From an uncultured virus (IMG/VR IMGVR_UViG_3300020048_000107) (Duplodnaviria > Heunggongvirae > Uroviricota > Caudoviricetes), in IMG/VR virus record IMGVR_UViG_3300020048_000107: 64,000 bases of DNA. One strand, given 5' to 3'. Positions 23,879-37,385 of this stretch are shown here, in pieces (within the stretch, counting starts at the first letter, position 1; each line of letters starts with the position of its first letter). Under the pieces are notes generated by a model that was not told the origin of the DNA, did not search any database, and saw only the letters and a program-made list of their open reading frames with translations. The position numbers and the translations under genes are program-made.

Positions 23879-24550
23879 ATGAAACTTGAAGCTTTAGCGT
23901 CAGCTATTTATAATAATGTAATAGGCGGTCTAAAAGGTAGTAATGCTGGCATACCCTTTTCTATGGAACAACTTGAAGATGCTGTAATTAACGAACGCAT
24001 GTTAATTATAAAAGAGTATTCTGTAAAAAACTTAATACCAAGAAAAGATTTGTTATTACCGATACGTTGTATCGAATTAGATTGTTTAAGTATAGATCGT
24101 TGTTGTGCAGATCCAAATGAGGGCGATAAAATAAAACATTTTGAAATACCACAGTTAATTTTAGACTTTGGTATTGATGCTATAGAATATCTTGGGCCAA
24201 CTGATGGTTCAAGCAACTTTAAAATTTATATTTCCAACGCTTGGAAATATCATAAGTATAAAATGCGAGGTGCAAACAAACCTTATGTATGGATTGATAC
24301 TGTACCTAACGCAAATAACAAGTATGATTGTTTTGTTTTTAACTAGCCTTTTATGGACAAAATGACAATAATAGGTATATTTAAAGATCCGAGACAATTA
24401 AAAGAATATAATTGCTGCTCTGAAAACGAATACGATAATTTCTCATTTATATCTGCTGATATAGAGAAACGTTTATCACAGAAGTTCTTATATTATTTTA
24501 GGCAGGTATAGCCCACCCCAACACCCAATGATCAAACTTATAAACCGTAA
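23879..24550 (+). CDS. Putative tail ring protein
   Basis: LASAIYN...GL, S.EQLED....ER, HFEIPQ, KPYVWID..PN, FN*P, IFKDPRQL. Confidence 0.7.
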
Positions 24551-24552
24551 TT

Positions 24553-25248
24553 ATGAACGTAACTAGTTATCCATTTTACTCTGCATATAATCACCTAAAT
24601 GATTTCTACGGTATTGTTTTAAACGAAGATGAATTCGAAACAATAGCGTTGTATGGGTGGATGCACATAGGAAACAAAAGAACAAAATATTATAGATATA
24701 CTGGTGATACCAGCGATTGTAGATTGGAATTACCCTGTAATGTAGATATAATAGAATCGGTTAACGGAAATATGTCGGATTATACAATGACAGACAACGT
24801 AAGAAGAGAGAGTTATGGTAGACAGCAGGTAGAATCTTACATTGAATCTCGTAAAGTAGGTAAAAATCCTTTGTATCAAAGTGGTAAACTATTAGATTAT
24901 CATCAAGAAGGTAATGTATTGGTATTTTCCAATAATCATACAGGAGTTACAGTACTTTACAAAGGTGTAATTGCTGATGAATAGGGATTACCAACCTTGA
25001 ATTATAAAGAAACAGAAGCAATATCAACGTATTGTGCTTATACTTATTATTATAAAAAAGCATTACAAACAAAAGATTCTTAGTCTATGCAAATTGCTAA
25101 AGATTTATTATAGACTTGGCAGAGGAAATGTACTTAGGCTAGAACTCCAGAAAGAATTAATCAAAATGAAATGGACGATATCCTTGATGTTGCTACTTCT
25201 TGGGATCGTAAACGTTTTGGTATCTCTTACAAACCTGTTAGAAAATGA
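24553..25248 (+). CDS. Putative tail tubular / ring protein
   Basis: W..IGNK, LPCN.DIIE.V, LYKG...DE*GLP, QNEMD.ILD...SW.RK; ends in TGA. Confidence 0.7.
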
Positions 25249-26246
25249 TAATATTTAATGAAGATGATAAAGTTATAGCTAATGGTGCAATTTATATAAC
25301 TGATATTTTACGTTTATGTGATTATATTAAACCATTTCGTAGAAAACTACAAATTAAATTACGAAAGGAAGAGAAGATAACTTACGAAATAAGTTATCCT
25401 TTTGAAGTTTATTACGCGACTAGAATATTTAATACTTTCATTAAAACAATGCTTAGAGATGTTATGTTTAATAATGTAATGTATAAGCATAATAATTTCA
25501 AATCTTTTTTCTTAAAAAAGGAAACTAATATAAAAGCAATCAAATTTAAATAGAGAAAATTTAAGATGCTTCCTACCATGCCAATATACGACATTGTATT
25601 AAGAATGCAACATAAAAATAACTATTTGTATAAGAATTTGAGTTTGTATAAAGAGTTATTAGACGAATTTAAGTAGTAGACTTTCAATGGAGATTTGTAG
25701 GAAGGTATTAAAGAAATTAAAACAGTAGATGATTATTTAGAAGACTTAGTTTTACGTTTTCCTGCTGTTCAAAAAAACATAATTAAGAAAATCATAAAAG
25801 ATGGTATTACCGGTATGTTTATGCCTGTAAAAAATTATAAAACTGATGTAATCGTTTGTGATTTTCACCATGCAAAAGATAGAGTTTGTGCTGTATTAAA
25901 CAGTAATTCTTATAGTACTATGTTGCCCCATTACAGAGCGTTAATTCGTTTTGCAGAGAAATATAAAGATGATAGTTTTTATGCTGTATTTACAGACGAA
26001 GAACAAGAAAGAATATTGGCCGGGGAAAAAGATGTTAGTGGTTTGTGTATTTTTACTATGGCTTATGTTAAGTTGTTTGTGAAAGGTAAGAAAAGAGCCA
26101 GATACAAACACATCTATAAAATAATGCGAACAAACCAGAATACTTATAAATATTATATACAAAGAAATAATGTCAAAACAAATCGCATCAAATACCTTTA
26201 CAGAAGGTTTAATGAAAGATACGAACTTATTAACAACACCAAATAA
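25245..26246 (+). CDS. Hypothetical basic protein in the tail module
   Basis: ORFs at 25245 and 25815 are in frame through TAGs. Confidence 0.7.
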
Positions 26247-29200
26247 TGTCCTCACGGACTGTCTAAATGGTACCACTATTACCTATAACGGTAAAGAATT
26301 TGTGTTACAAAATGACATGGGTAATGCCATAGTGGAAACTGCCTCTCTTAAAAGAGGTTATATTCCTATTGGTTTAAAAGAGTATAATGGTATTATTTAT
26401 GTAGTATCTTATAATCCTTTAGAAAATAGAGTAGAATTTGGTAGTTTTCCATCCCCAGAAAGAGACTTTTCCGGAGACGATTTTGATGGTACTGATTACG
26501 ACGTTGAAGGTTGTGTATTAGCAGACAATGAATTTTATACCCCAAACTCAAAACACCCAGAAGTAATATAGGCAACATAGGTAATATAGGGTGATCCCGG
26601 AGCATTAGGTGATTCACCAATAGTTGTTCCAGAGGAAACGGTTACTATAACAGAACCGATTATGAGTATAGCTTCTATACCCTACGAAAGTACTTATGTA
26701 GATGTTGCTCCAGTTGGTGTTGGTATTGAAGATTATTGGGAAATGGAAACGGATATAGGACAACCTAAATTTAATATATCCAAATAGAGTGTCACAGATG
26801 ATTTTTCTTAGTATGATAAGTTAAAACTTAATACAGGAGATAGATTTGTGTTGTATTATATAGATCGTACTGAAATAAATGGTCTCACAAACGCAAATTA
26901 CATCACTGATGTTTTTCTACCTTATGTTTCTGATTCAGAGACAAGAAGACTTTTTAAAATAGAAGTCTTTGCTTTAACTTAGGCGGGAAGAAAGAAATTA
27001 GATGTTGATCCATTTCTTTACGATAAGGATGATACAACTAATTTCTTGAATGGTGGAACAACTGAAAATATATAGTATAATGTTTATGACTTTGATAACG
27101 AAGGTACTATAGAAATTAGAATTTCTTTAGAGAAACCAAATTACTTCTCTGTAAAATTTAAACAATATCCATAGTTAACACCCACAGTAAAATTTACAAC
27201 ACTGTAGACTTCTGATTCATTTATGCAAATTAAGGGTTATAAGTATATATTTAGATACTTATCAACTCCATCACCTTTACAAAAAGGTTATATGTATTAT
27301 AAATCAGATCATTTATACACAAGTACTAGTGAAGGTTTTATAAGAAACACTAAACAATCAGGTACGGTAGTAATGAATGATTTGTCTTATGGTACTTATA
27401 GTTATGAAATATTACCTTTTACACAATATGGATTTGAATATAGTTTACTCAAAAAAGGAACATTCGTAGTTTCGGAGGATTTGACAACACAAGAAGAATT
27501 AGTTACACTAAATGAATTTTGGTGGAACTACATACCTAATGTAGACGATACATGGGAATTACATTTTGACGCGGACATAATTTTAACAGCAGATCAAGAA
27601 ATAACAGCTCAACATTTAGAATTGTATGATGTTTGGTCCAACTGTTCTCACATTATAGACTTATTGGTTCCGCCGGCCGTCCCGGGAGATCCATATGACA
27701 CTAATGTTAATTTCACTAATACTTTTAAACTGGGTGGTCCAGCCAAAACAAAGACTCACTCAAAATCAGAAGCTGGTAATATTTATGGTGTTCCATACAC
27801 TAGTTTAATGCAATCTACCACAGCTAAATTACCTACTCCACAAACTAACTACGAAAGTAGAACACAATACATTGATGATCCGGTATTAACTAATATTAAT
27901 TTAAGGAAAAATCATTTTTATATCTTTGCTATATATTATAGTTATTATGACTCTTTGTTAGATCAAAACTACACAAAAGGTCTATATAGGTATGTATATA
28001 CTAATGCTGCATTTCAAGAATTTTATGACCAAGGACATGTCGATTTTTCAATTGTAGGTTCTTATCCTTCACAAGAAATATCTTTGATCCCAGACAATAC
28101 ACAATCAACATTCTCAGAAGTGCACAATTTAAGTGCTACTAATACTGCTGATAATGTGACTTTATTGTTTGATCCCTTACAACAACATTATAATAGTGCC
28201 ACAGGTTCACCAAACAATAAAGTATTGACAGGTTATGCTATTGGACCAGAAAGTTATTTCAACGATTTAATAAGTCCAGACACTTTTGTTAATATACAAG
28301 GTGTAATGACTAATAGCTTCAATAGTACTAAAGTATTCACATATGATATACCTTAGAATGCTCCTGGATATATAGACACCTCTGTTATAACAATTACTTC
28401 CGACACACCTTCCCCAATAGTTTAGTTAGGTGTTAGAGAAGCTTCAAACAGTGGTACTATAGGTGCTCCAATTTTAAACCCACCACAAGTATTTGGAGTA
28501 TAGGAAGATTAGGTTTACTCCATTAGTGTAAATAAATATGACACTAAATTAGTGATAATTTAGGAATCTCAAGATTTCACTGTGGACACTAATAAAATCT
28601 ATCCTTATTATTCTGAGTTAGTAAATCAAGCCCATTATAGTTACTTTTATCCTTTGTTTTATCAATAGAGTCGTGAGGTACAGAATAGTATAGTTAATAA
28701 CAATAGTGATTCTATTTAGATAAATAGTTCGTGGTTAGAAATGAGGCAATATTTAACTGCTTCTCCAAATTTAGCTTTAGTACAATATATGTCAGTTGAT
28801 GGTTCAACTATAAACTTAAATCTCTACTCATCAGTAATCACACCAGATCTACAATACGGTCTTTTAAGTATGTAGGCTTTCTGGAATGCGGTGGCTGGTA
28901 AATTAGGGATTCAGCGTTCTTCAGTAACAACTGGTATGTCTACTACAAAAGCTGAGAAATTCAAAGATGCTACTAAACGTAAAGACGATACTGCTTAGTT
29001 AGCTTAGGTTTGGAAAGCAAATCGACAAGGTGTAGTAGCCCCACAACAACAGCTTAGACAATATGTACCAATAGTGAATTACTTTGCACCAGGTGAATAT
29101 AACATTAGAGAAGCTTTAGAAGTTTCTTAGGATTATAATACAGCAAACTTATTTTTATTTTTTGGTGCTGAAGTACCAGTTAATACATATAATTATTATA

Positions 29201-29823
29201 AGTATTATGCTAAACCTACAGATTACTATTATGAAGCACCTCATTCAACTTTAACTTACAATTTGAATCACAATAATAGTTAGTCTTTTGCATCCACATA
29301 CTGTTACAAAGTGGTAATGGGTGCCAAAAATAAAACAATTAGTTTGCAAGAAGAAGGAGTTGACGAAAGTTTAAAAATTTATATTAATTCTAAATTTCCT
29401 TTCCAAGAATATAGTTAGGAAGATTTCTTTCCTAAATGTTTGAACTTAGCCCCACAAAATATCACCATTACAGAATCTATTTTGGTTAAGCCAAATGTTG
29501 ACAATCTTATGCAGACTTATCATGACACTAGGTTAGATATATCTTTTGATAATCACCCTGTATTAAATCCAAGTGGTTTTACAATTGGTGGAGCTGGAAG
29601 TGCAAACTTTATTAAAAATGATTATAAGAGTAGTGATTATGGTACTAATTTGTATACTTTAATGTCTGGCCAAGGTGTAACTATGACAACTGGAAATACA
29701 GCGTTGCTGTTAATGGAAGGTATGAGTCCTACTTTAAATGATGGAAAGACAATGACTTATACTAACTTATACAATAATGTCGAACATCTCATATTAAACA
29801 CTTATAAATTAGACGAAACATGA
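26170..29823 (+). CDS. Tail stabilisation / muzzle-type protein, first gene (1217 aa)
   Basis: NTF.EGL.KD......PNNVLTDCLNGT.ITYNG.EFVLQNDMGN, E.GSFPSP; three fragments in frame. Confidence 0.72.
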
Positions 29824-32800
29824 TAACATTTACAACAAAAATCAATGTGGTTGACAGTGGTAACTATGATGAAGTTCAATTTTACGATTCAAATTTTATA
29901 CATGGTTCTACATTCGGTACAACATATGTTGATAATCCAATATTAATTAATTTTTTTAAAGCTTTACCGGCATTTAATATTAAATTTGATATATTATAGA
30001 AACAGTTTAAGCAGTCCGGGAGGTTGGTATACGAATACAACCCTTTCCACAATTTAATATTGAGTGAAGATAAAGTGTTAGATTATAAAGATCAAACCTT
30101 TTACTTTCAGACCGGGGATATCTGTGATTTTAATATCTCCGGTTCTTTATTACCTTTAGATTTAAATCATCCGTTAGAATTAGAAATACAACCATCTTAC
30201 GATGGTAGTGTCAATTTAATTGCTTAGGACAATCTTAATCAGGCTATTTTAGTAAACTCTAGATTTTCAGCAGAAGAATTAGACACATATAGAATAATCG
30301 ATCGTAAAGGAAGTAATGATACTAATCTTTATGAAGAGGCTTATCTTCAACCACAAATCAAATTGTATAAAACATCAAACGTTATATCTCAATTGATTAT
30401 AGAATCTGTAGAGATAGGTGGTAGATTGTATGGTGGATCTTATGTCTTTTACTTTAAATACTAGGATTAGGATGGAAATGAAACTGATGTGGTAGCCGAA
30501 AGTGGTATTATACCTGTTTATATTGGTAATATAAATGATCCAAAATCTATTCGTGGTGCAATAGCAAACGAAAGAACAGACAAATTAATTAAGTTAAAAA
30601 TAAAACATATAGATAAAGCTTACGATTATATCAATTTGTATTACGTAAGAACAACATCTGATTATGGAGAAACTCCAGTTCAGAATTAGGCTAAAGTTTT
30701 AGAAAAATACATAATTAATTCTAATGCTGTAGTAAACAACGAATTTGTTATTACTTTCTCGGGTTATGAATCCGAGGTTCCAACAACATTAGACGAAATA
30801 TTACAAGAATACAATGTCGTTGATAAACAAAAGAGTTTAGCTCAAGTTCAGAATAGACTCTTTCAGGCCAATTTAACTTAGGAACAAAAGGAATATAAAG
30901 ACTTAGAAGATATTGCTTTACGTTTTTTTCCAACTGTAAGACAGAGAGTTAACATTGGTAATCTAAATCATAAGTATGAAACAGCTAGTAATAATTTGGG
31001 TTTAGAATACTTTAATCCTTTAAACGTTAGTAATTACTTGGGTTATTGGAATAAAGAGATTTATAGAACTGGTATAGTTTATATATTTGACAACAATAGA
31101 TTGAGTCCTGTATTCAACACTCGAGGTGGTCAAAATGTAGGTGAATTAAACTTAGACGAAGTAGTTGATATAAGCGAATATTTAAGTAAGATTCAAACTG
31201 GTGGTAATTTAGAAAATACACAAACTGTTTATTCAAACTTTGATTTTTATAAAGAGGCTCAACCAGGATTACCATTAGAACGTTTATTCATTAATACTAC
31301 TGAAGACAAGCAAGTTATATATGGTGGTGGTAATAAAACTAATGAAAATAGTGCTGGTGTATTTAATATAATGCATGGTGTAGGGCCAATAACTCAAGAA
31401 GGTATCAAACCCTTAGCTATTCAATTTTCTACCGAGACATCAATATTACAATATTTACAAAGCATCGGTGTAAAGGGTTTCTTTTTTGTTCGTCAAAAAC
31501 GTATACCTAACATCTTATTCCAAGGTATGACTCAAGGTTTTTAGATGAATTAGGAAATACCTTAGTTATATACTTCTGATTATGGTAATAATGCTACACA
31601 CAGGGTTGAATATTTAGCTTTTAGAGAAAAACCTAGTAAAAAAATATGGACTACAGGTGTAAAAGTAGATAATATTAGTGGTGCTGCAACTCGTTTGGAT
31701 TATGAGAATAACCCCATTAATATATTGGCTAACAAATTGACTTCATTTTCAGCTAGATTTAGAGATTTAGGTTCTGCTTACACTATTAAAAGTGGTACGG
31801 TTTTCTCTTAGGATATAGCTTTGAATACAGAATTAATGAGTGATTTATTAGTTGGTAATAGTCTTAAGTACACAAAGTGTACACATAGGTTAAATAACAA
31901 TATATTACAACAAGATCATACATTTGTAAATAATTTAGCTGTATCAGACAGACATTTTTACAATGATACTTATGTAAATGAATTAGACAAAAACATTTAC
32001 GATTAGAAAGTAACTTTAGTTCAAGACGGACACCCGGTTGCTTATAGTGGTTCTAGACGTTTTAGAGGTAGGGCTGGTATTCAAGAAGAAACATTCCGTT
32101 TCGAATCTACAAGGCAAACATCTATAAACGATGGTCCAGAAATACCTGATCCAGATTATGCGGTAAGAGGTTTGTTTGGTACTTATGCTGGTTTCGAAGG
32201 TGGAGACATATTAGAATCCGGAACTTTAATTGACGTACACGTACCCGATTTCGATTGGGAAAATATGTCAAACTATTTCCAAGTAAGGCAAGATTCGTTT
32301 CAATCTTACTTTGCTATTACAGACAAATACGATGTTGCAGAACTATTAAAAAACAACACTTCTGTTATTTGGACTACTGATTAGTATCGTGGAGACTGTT
32401 ATGTTGGTAATTATACTCAAAGAATCAACAGAAATTTCCAAGACAACGAGTTACCATTGAATGATAATATATTAGGTAACACAATTAATAGTGATGTTGA
32501 CGCAAATAGTATTAACACAACGAGTGTATGGTATTCTTCTAGTAATACAAATGGTATTCCTTTTATAGAAGACAACTATTACTTAGTAAATCGTTAGGAC
32601 GTCAATGCTGTTCAACTTGGACACTGGATGACTTTCAAAACTTGTGCTAATACTAACTTATCTTACAGAACTATAGACAAACAACATACAGAAGAGTACG
32701 CATTAACCGGTAATTATAGGAGTTTCTATCCTTTTAATAAAATATCATGGACATCAGAAACAAAAATACCTGAATCTACTTAGCTTAATGTTGGTTATGG

Positions 32801-34613
32801 AATGAACTTACCTTTAAAAAATTACTTTATTAATCCAGATGTACCTTACATCCAAGACAAATTTAATAATAGGGTAATGTTCTCCGAAATACATGTGAAC
32901 GATTCTTTTAAAAACGGTTATAGGATATTTAAAGGTTTAAATTATCAAGACTATAATGTCGGTTGGGGATCTATTGTAAAAATATTAGAATGGAGAAATA
33001 ACTTAATGCTTGTGTTTGAACACGGTATTGGTATGATTCCTATCAATGAGAGTTAGCTTTAGGCAAGTGGAAACAATACTGGAGATATCTATGTGCGTGG
33101 TGCAGGGGTTTTACCTCCGACAGTTAATGCTATTAGTGATACGTTTGGTAGTCAATGGAAAGATTCTATTACAAAAACAAGTCGTTATGTATATGGTGTA
33201 GATCATGTTGCAAAAAAGATTTGGAGAACTGATGGAGAGAAAATAGAATTAATATCTGACTTCAAAATACAATCCTTTTTGAATGATAATTTAACACTTA
33301 CTTCAAGAGAAAAAACTCCAACAGTTGGTATTAGAAATATTAAGACACACTGGAATGCTTTTAAAGAAGATGTAATGTTCACTTATTATGATGTAGATAG
33401 TGTAATAGACGAAAAGAAATGGAATATGTGCTTTAATGAACAACTATCAAGATGGATTACCCGTTATGATTGGGAACCGGTAGGTTCAGAGAACATTAAC
33501 AATATCTATTTTAGTTATGATAGGGAATCACCTGAAAAATTATAGTTGTTAGCTTCTAGTCATTATGACTCACCTAGTTCTGCAGGAATTACAGTTACAA
33601 ATTATGAATATTTGAATGCTGACAATCCAGTTTATACAGACCCAGACAATGCTTATTATGATCCAATTTTAGTTAATGGACAAATACCAATAGCGTATAG
33701 ACCTGTGTTGAAATTAAAGTCTCATGTTTTAGAGCCTTATACACCACAGTACTTTTTACAAGCAAATGATCTAGACACTACAGGTTATGACAATGATTTG
33801 TTCCACTTAACAAGTGGTAATGAAATAGTTTATAACTCTATAGATGCTTTATTAACTTAGGGAAAATACATGTTCTCTATTAAAATTAAAGCAATTCTTT
33901 CTAAAGGTCAAACTGTTTGGGATAGTATATATGACGTAATACACTTAAGATTAGATCGTTATTGGTATGTGGTTAACGAGATAAATTTAGAATAGTATGA
34001 TACTTATTATACTACTAGATTTTGGAAACACGGTCAAGCTGGTATATTTGATTACGCTGGAGAAGTAAAACCTACTAATTGGTATAATAAAGTTAGACCT
34101 TTTGAATTCGAATTTGTTATGTAGGATAATCCTGGTACACATAAAATATTAGATAATCTAATGATTGTATCTAACAATGTTGAACCAGAATCTTTTACGT
34201 TTAGTGTAACTACAGACTCTTATACTTAGTAGATATTACCTTATGATATAGCACCTTATGGTACTATTAAAGAATATACACTAAATAGAAGAGGTTTAAG
34301 TACTTCAAATGTATAGGCTGACAATTATGTTTTAACAACAATTTCTGATAATCTTATAGAATTACAACAGAAAGGTCTTAACACTTGGAAAGTAGGTAGG
34401 TTATTTGGTAATATGCATTACAAAGAAGACTTTTGGTATATAGATGTAGCACCAATAAGTTTGTTACAAAAAGGTTTAGAGACTACATTATAGTCTAAAG
34501 GAAAACAATCTCGAATAAAAGACAAATAGATAAAGATTCGAGTTAGATATAATGGTGAATCTCTAGCAGTTATAACTTAGCTAAATTCAATATATACACA
34601 AACATACGCGTAA
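29820..34613 (+). CDS. Large tail stabilisation / muzzle-type protein, second gene (1597 aa)
   Basis: Eight fragments in frame. YEYNPFHN, SYDGSVNLI, DGNETD.VAESG, YRGDCY, YGVD.VAKKIWRT, PFEFEFV, KIRVRY.G. Confidence 0.75.
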
Positions 34614-34614
34614 T

Positions 34615-35850
34615 ATGAAAAAATTAATAAAATATCAAGGAGGGGGATCTGCCCCCTCCAATGATTTGTTCAAACAGTTTATGGCCATGATGGGTGGCGG
34701 AAGTGGATTAAATTCTGGTTTATTTAATTTTAATTTTAATTCTAAGAAAAATCCGGAAGCAGGCCCAACACTAAATAATGCCATAAATGGTACTTTAAAT
34801 ACTGCCGCTAATATTGGAATGAATTATTATTAGAACAAACCTGTAAATGGAAATCCAGAAGATAATTAGATAGCTTAGGCCGATTCAGTTTCTTCGGGTA
34901 TTTTAGGTACTATGGCTTCATAGCCTGGTGTTGTTGGTTAGATTGGACAAGGTCTAAATCTTATTAACACTATTGGTGGAGGAATAAGATAGAAGAATTA
35001 CGAAAAGAAATTAGGTGCTGAATCTAAAATTTTAAACGAAACTAGTGGTGTCAGTGGATTGTAGAATATTCAACAAGGTATTCAAGCTGATAAAAACGTA
35101 GGTAATACATTAATTGGTAGTTTATTTTCAAATAAAAAGAGAAATTCTAATATAGGTGCGCAAGCACAATTAAGAAAAACAGGTAAACAAGTTTCTAACT
35201 TAGTTAATTTCAACACTAAAAAGAAGAATGATGCTTTTGCATCAAGTGATATTTTAGGTCAACAGAATAATTTATCTCAATCAGGATTCAATTACGACGA
35301 TTTACAATTTGGTAAATCAGGTATGAAGCTTTATACGCCGGAAGAAAAGAAAGAGAAGTATACAAAATATAAATCTCCTACTAGTTAGCCAAAAGAATTG
35401 ATACGTCAATCTAAGGTGGATCAAACAAGTGTTATAAGGAAAATGAATCAAATTTACGAAACTCAAAGAGACCTTCGTAAACAAATAAAAGAAGTTGAGA
35501 AGTTAGTTGCTAAAAAAGTTGAAGTGAAAAGAGAAGGTGGACCAATCAATATTATTGTTGAAGGACCCTTACACGCTCATAAACACAATTTAAAAACTTT
35601 ATAGACTTTTAAAGACGCTGAAATTACCCACAAAGGAGTTCCTGTTATTATGGAAGACGGTGGAGAAATAAATCAAGTATAGGAAGTTGAAGGAAACGAA
35701 TTGATCTTACATTTAGATTTAACTAAAAAAATGGAAGAGTTAATGAAAGATGGTTCAGAAGAAGCGATGATTGAAGCCGGAAAAATATTATCTAAAGAGA
35801 TAGTAAAAAATACAAAGGATAGTAAAAGTAAACTTTTGAAAAATGACTGA
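34615..35850 (+). CDS. Putative virion cargo protein
   Basis: In-frame join; NIIVEG.LHAHKH, IT.KG.PV, *EVE..E.I motifs; ends in TGA. Confidence 0.65.
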
Positions 35851-36454
35851 AGCCAAAATCTACATTAACGATAATGAGTATGCCGTCAGATTGGCGGTAA
35901 CCGAAGAAGAAAAAGAAACTGGCTTACAAGGTTGTGAATCCTTATAGGAAAATGAGGGAATGTTGTTTCTTTATGACGAACCTCAAACAGTACAATATTG
36001 GATGTCAGAGTGTTAGATACCATTAGATATTATTTTTATTGATGAGAATTGGGAAGTATTAGATATTGCCCAAGGAGAACCAAATTCAGAAGATATATTA
36101 GAGTGTGATGATGTAAAATACGTATTAGAATTAAATGAAAATTCCGGTATTAAAGAAGGGGATGAAGTGGATTTGTCTGAAGTGGAATCTGAAGAGGAAA
36201 TTGACGCTGAAGAAGACGAAGAAGATGAACATAGTCCTATGATAGTCGTAGGACCTCGTGGGAAGCCCGCTATGGAACTTTTAGGTGGTGAGCGTATATA
36301 CTCCAGGAAAAATACAAAGACTCTTATACGGCTCGCTAAACGCGGCTACAAGAGTAAAAAAGATTCGGATTATAAACGGTTGGGTAGAAAGGTATTTGAA
36401 TATATAAAAATACAAGACACAAACGACCCAGAATATGTGACTATTAAAAATTAA
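35843..36454 (+). CDS. DUF192-domain protein with a C-terminal crAss-type domain
   Basis: LA.TEEE...GL....SL*ENEGMLF.Y......WM....IPLDIIFID...YVLELN, then L.GGERI.SR.NT..LI..AK. Confidence 0.8.
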
Positions 36455-36455
36455 C

Positions 36456-37037
36456 ATGTAGAAAACAAAAGAAGAAAAACTAGAGACTAGACGACAGTAT
36501 TATCAAAAAACTAAACAGAATCAAAAATAGATACAAAAAAAATATCAAGAAGCACATAAAGAAGAATTGAAAGAAAAACGCTTGTAGAAACAATAGTAGA
36601 ATCGAGAAGAGCATTTAGAAAAACGTAGAGTTTGGTAGAAAAATAATCGTGATAAAGTAGCTGGATATCAACGTAAAACACAGAAAAGAAGCGATTTATC
36701 AAAGTTAGAAGTTAGTTTGCGTAAATCTTTACATAAACAATTCAAGCATAATAACAAAAAGAAAACATGCCGAACCACAGAGATATTAGGTTGTTCATTT
36801 GAAGAATTTAAAACTCATTTAGAAAATCAATTTGAGCCCTGGATGAATTGGGAGAATAAAGGTCTTTATAATAAAACTCGTGATTATGGTTGGGATATAG
36901 ATCATATAATTCCGATTTCTACCGCTAACACAACAGAAGATATAATCAGACTAAATCACTATACTAATCTTAGACCGTTGTGTAGTTATGTTAATCGAAA
37001 TATCAAAAAAGATAAAGTCATAAAAGATAAAAATTAA
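36456..37037 (+). CDS. HNH-type endonuclease with a charged helical N-terminus
   Basis: ILGCS.EEFK.HLE.QF..WM.WEN, WDIDHIIP, LNHYTNL.PLC...N. Begins ATG-TAG. Confidence 0.82.
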
Positions 37038-37041
37038 TTTA

Positions 37042-37051
37042 TTATATTTGT
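37042..37051 (+). promoter_or_regulatory. TTATATTTGT promoter
   Basis: Repeated motif upstream of the gene at 37077. Confidence 0.65.
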
Positions 37052-37076
37052 GTAAAGTTAACTTAAAAATTAAAAC

Positions 37077-37337
37077 ATGAAAATCTAGAAATTACAAGAA
37101 GGTGGAATGGCACCAGCCCCAGCACCAGAAGAAGCTCAAGGACAAGCAGAAGACCCAATGGTACAATTAGTACAAATGGCTCAGCAGGCAGTTGAAGGTC
37201 AGGATTGTGAATAGGCGATGGCCGTCTGTGAAGGATTCTTACAGTTAGTATAGAGTGCTCAAGGTGGTGGAGCCCCTGCCCCAGAAGGACAGCCTGTATA
37301 CAAAGCAGGTGGAAAGTTCGTAAAACGAGTTAAGTAA
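37077..37337 (+). CDS. Small A/Q/G/P-rich crAss-like protein (86 aa)
   Basis: MKI*KLQEGG...DPM.QL.QMA.QA...QDCE*AMAVC...EGQPVYKAGGK; has its own promoter and terminator. Confidence 0.8.
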
Positions 37338-37340
37338 TAA

Positions 37341-37366
37341 AGGGGAAGCCTAAAGCTTCCTCTTTT
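37341..37366 (+). terminator. Intrinsic terminator / attenuator before the giant genes
   Basis: ggggaagc-ctaaa-gcttcctc-tttt. Confidence 0.65.
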
Positions 37367-37385
37367 ATTTTAATTAAAAGAATCC

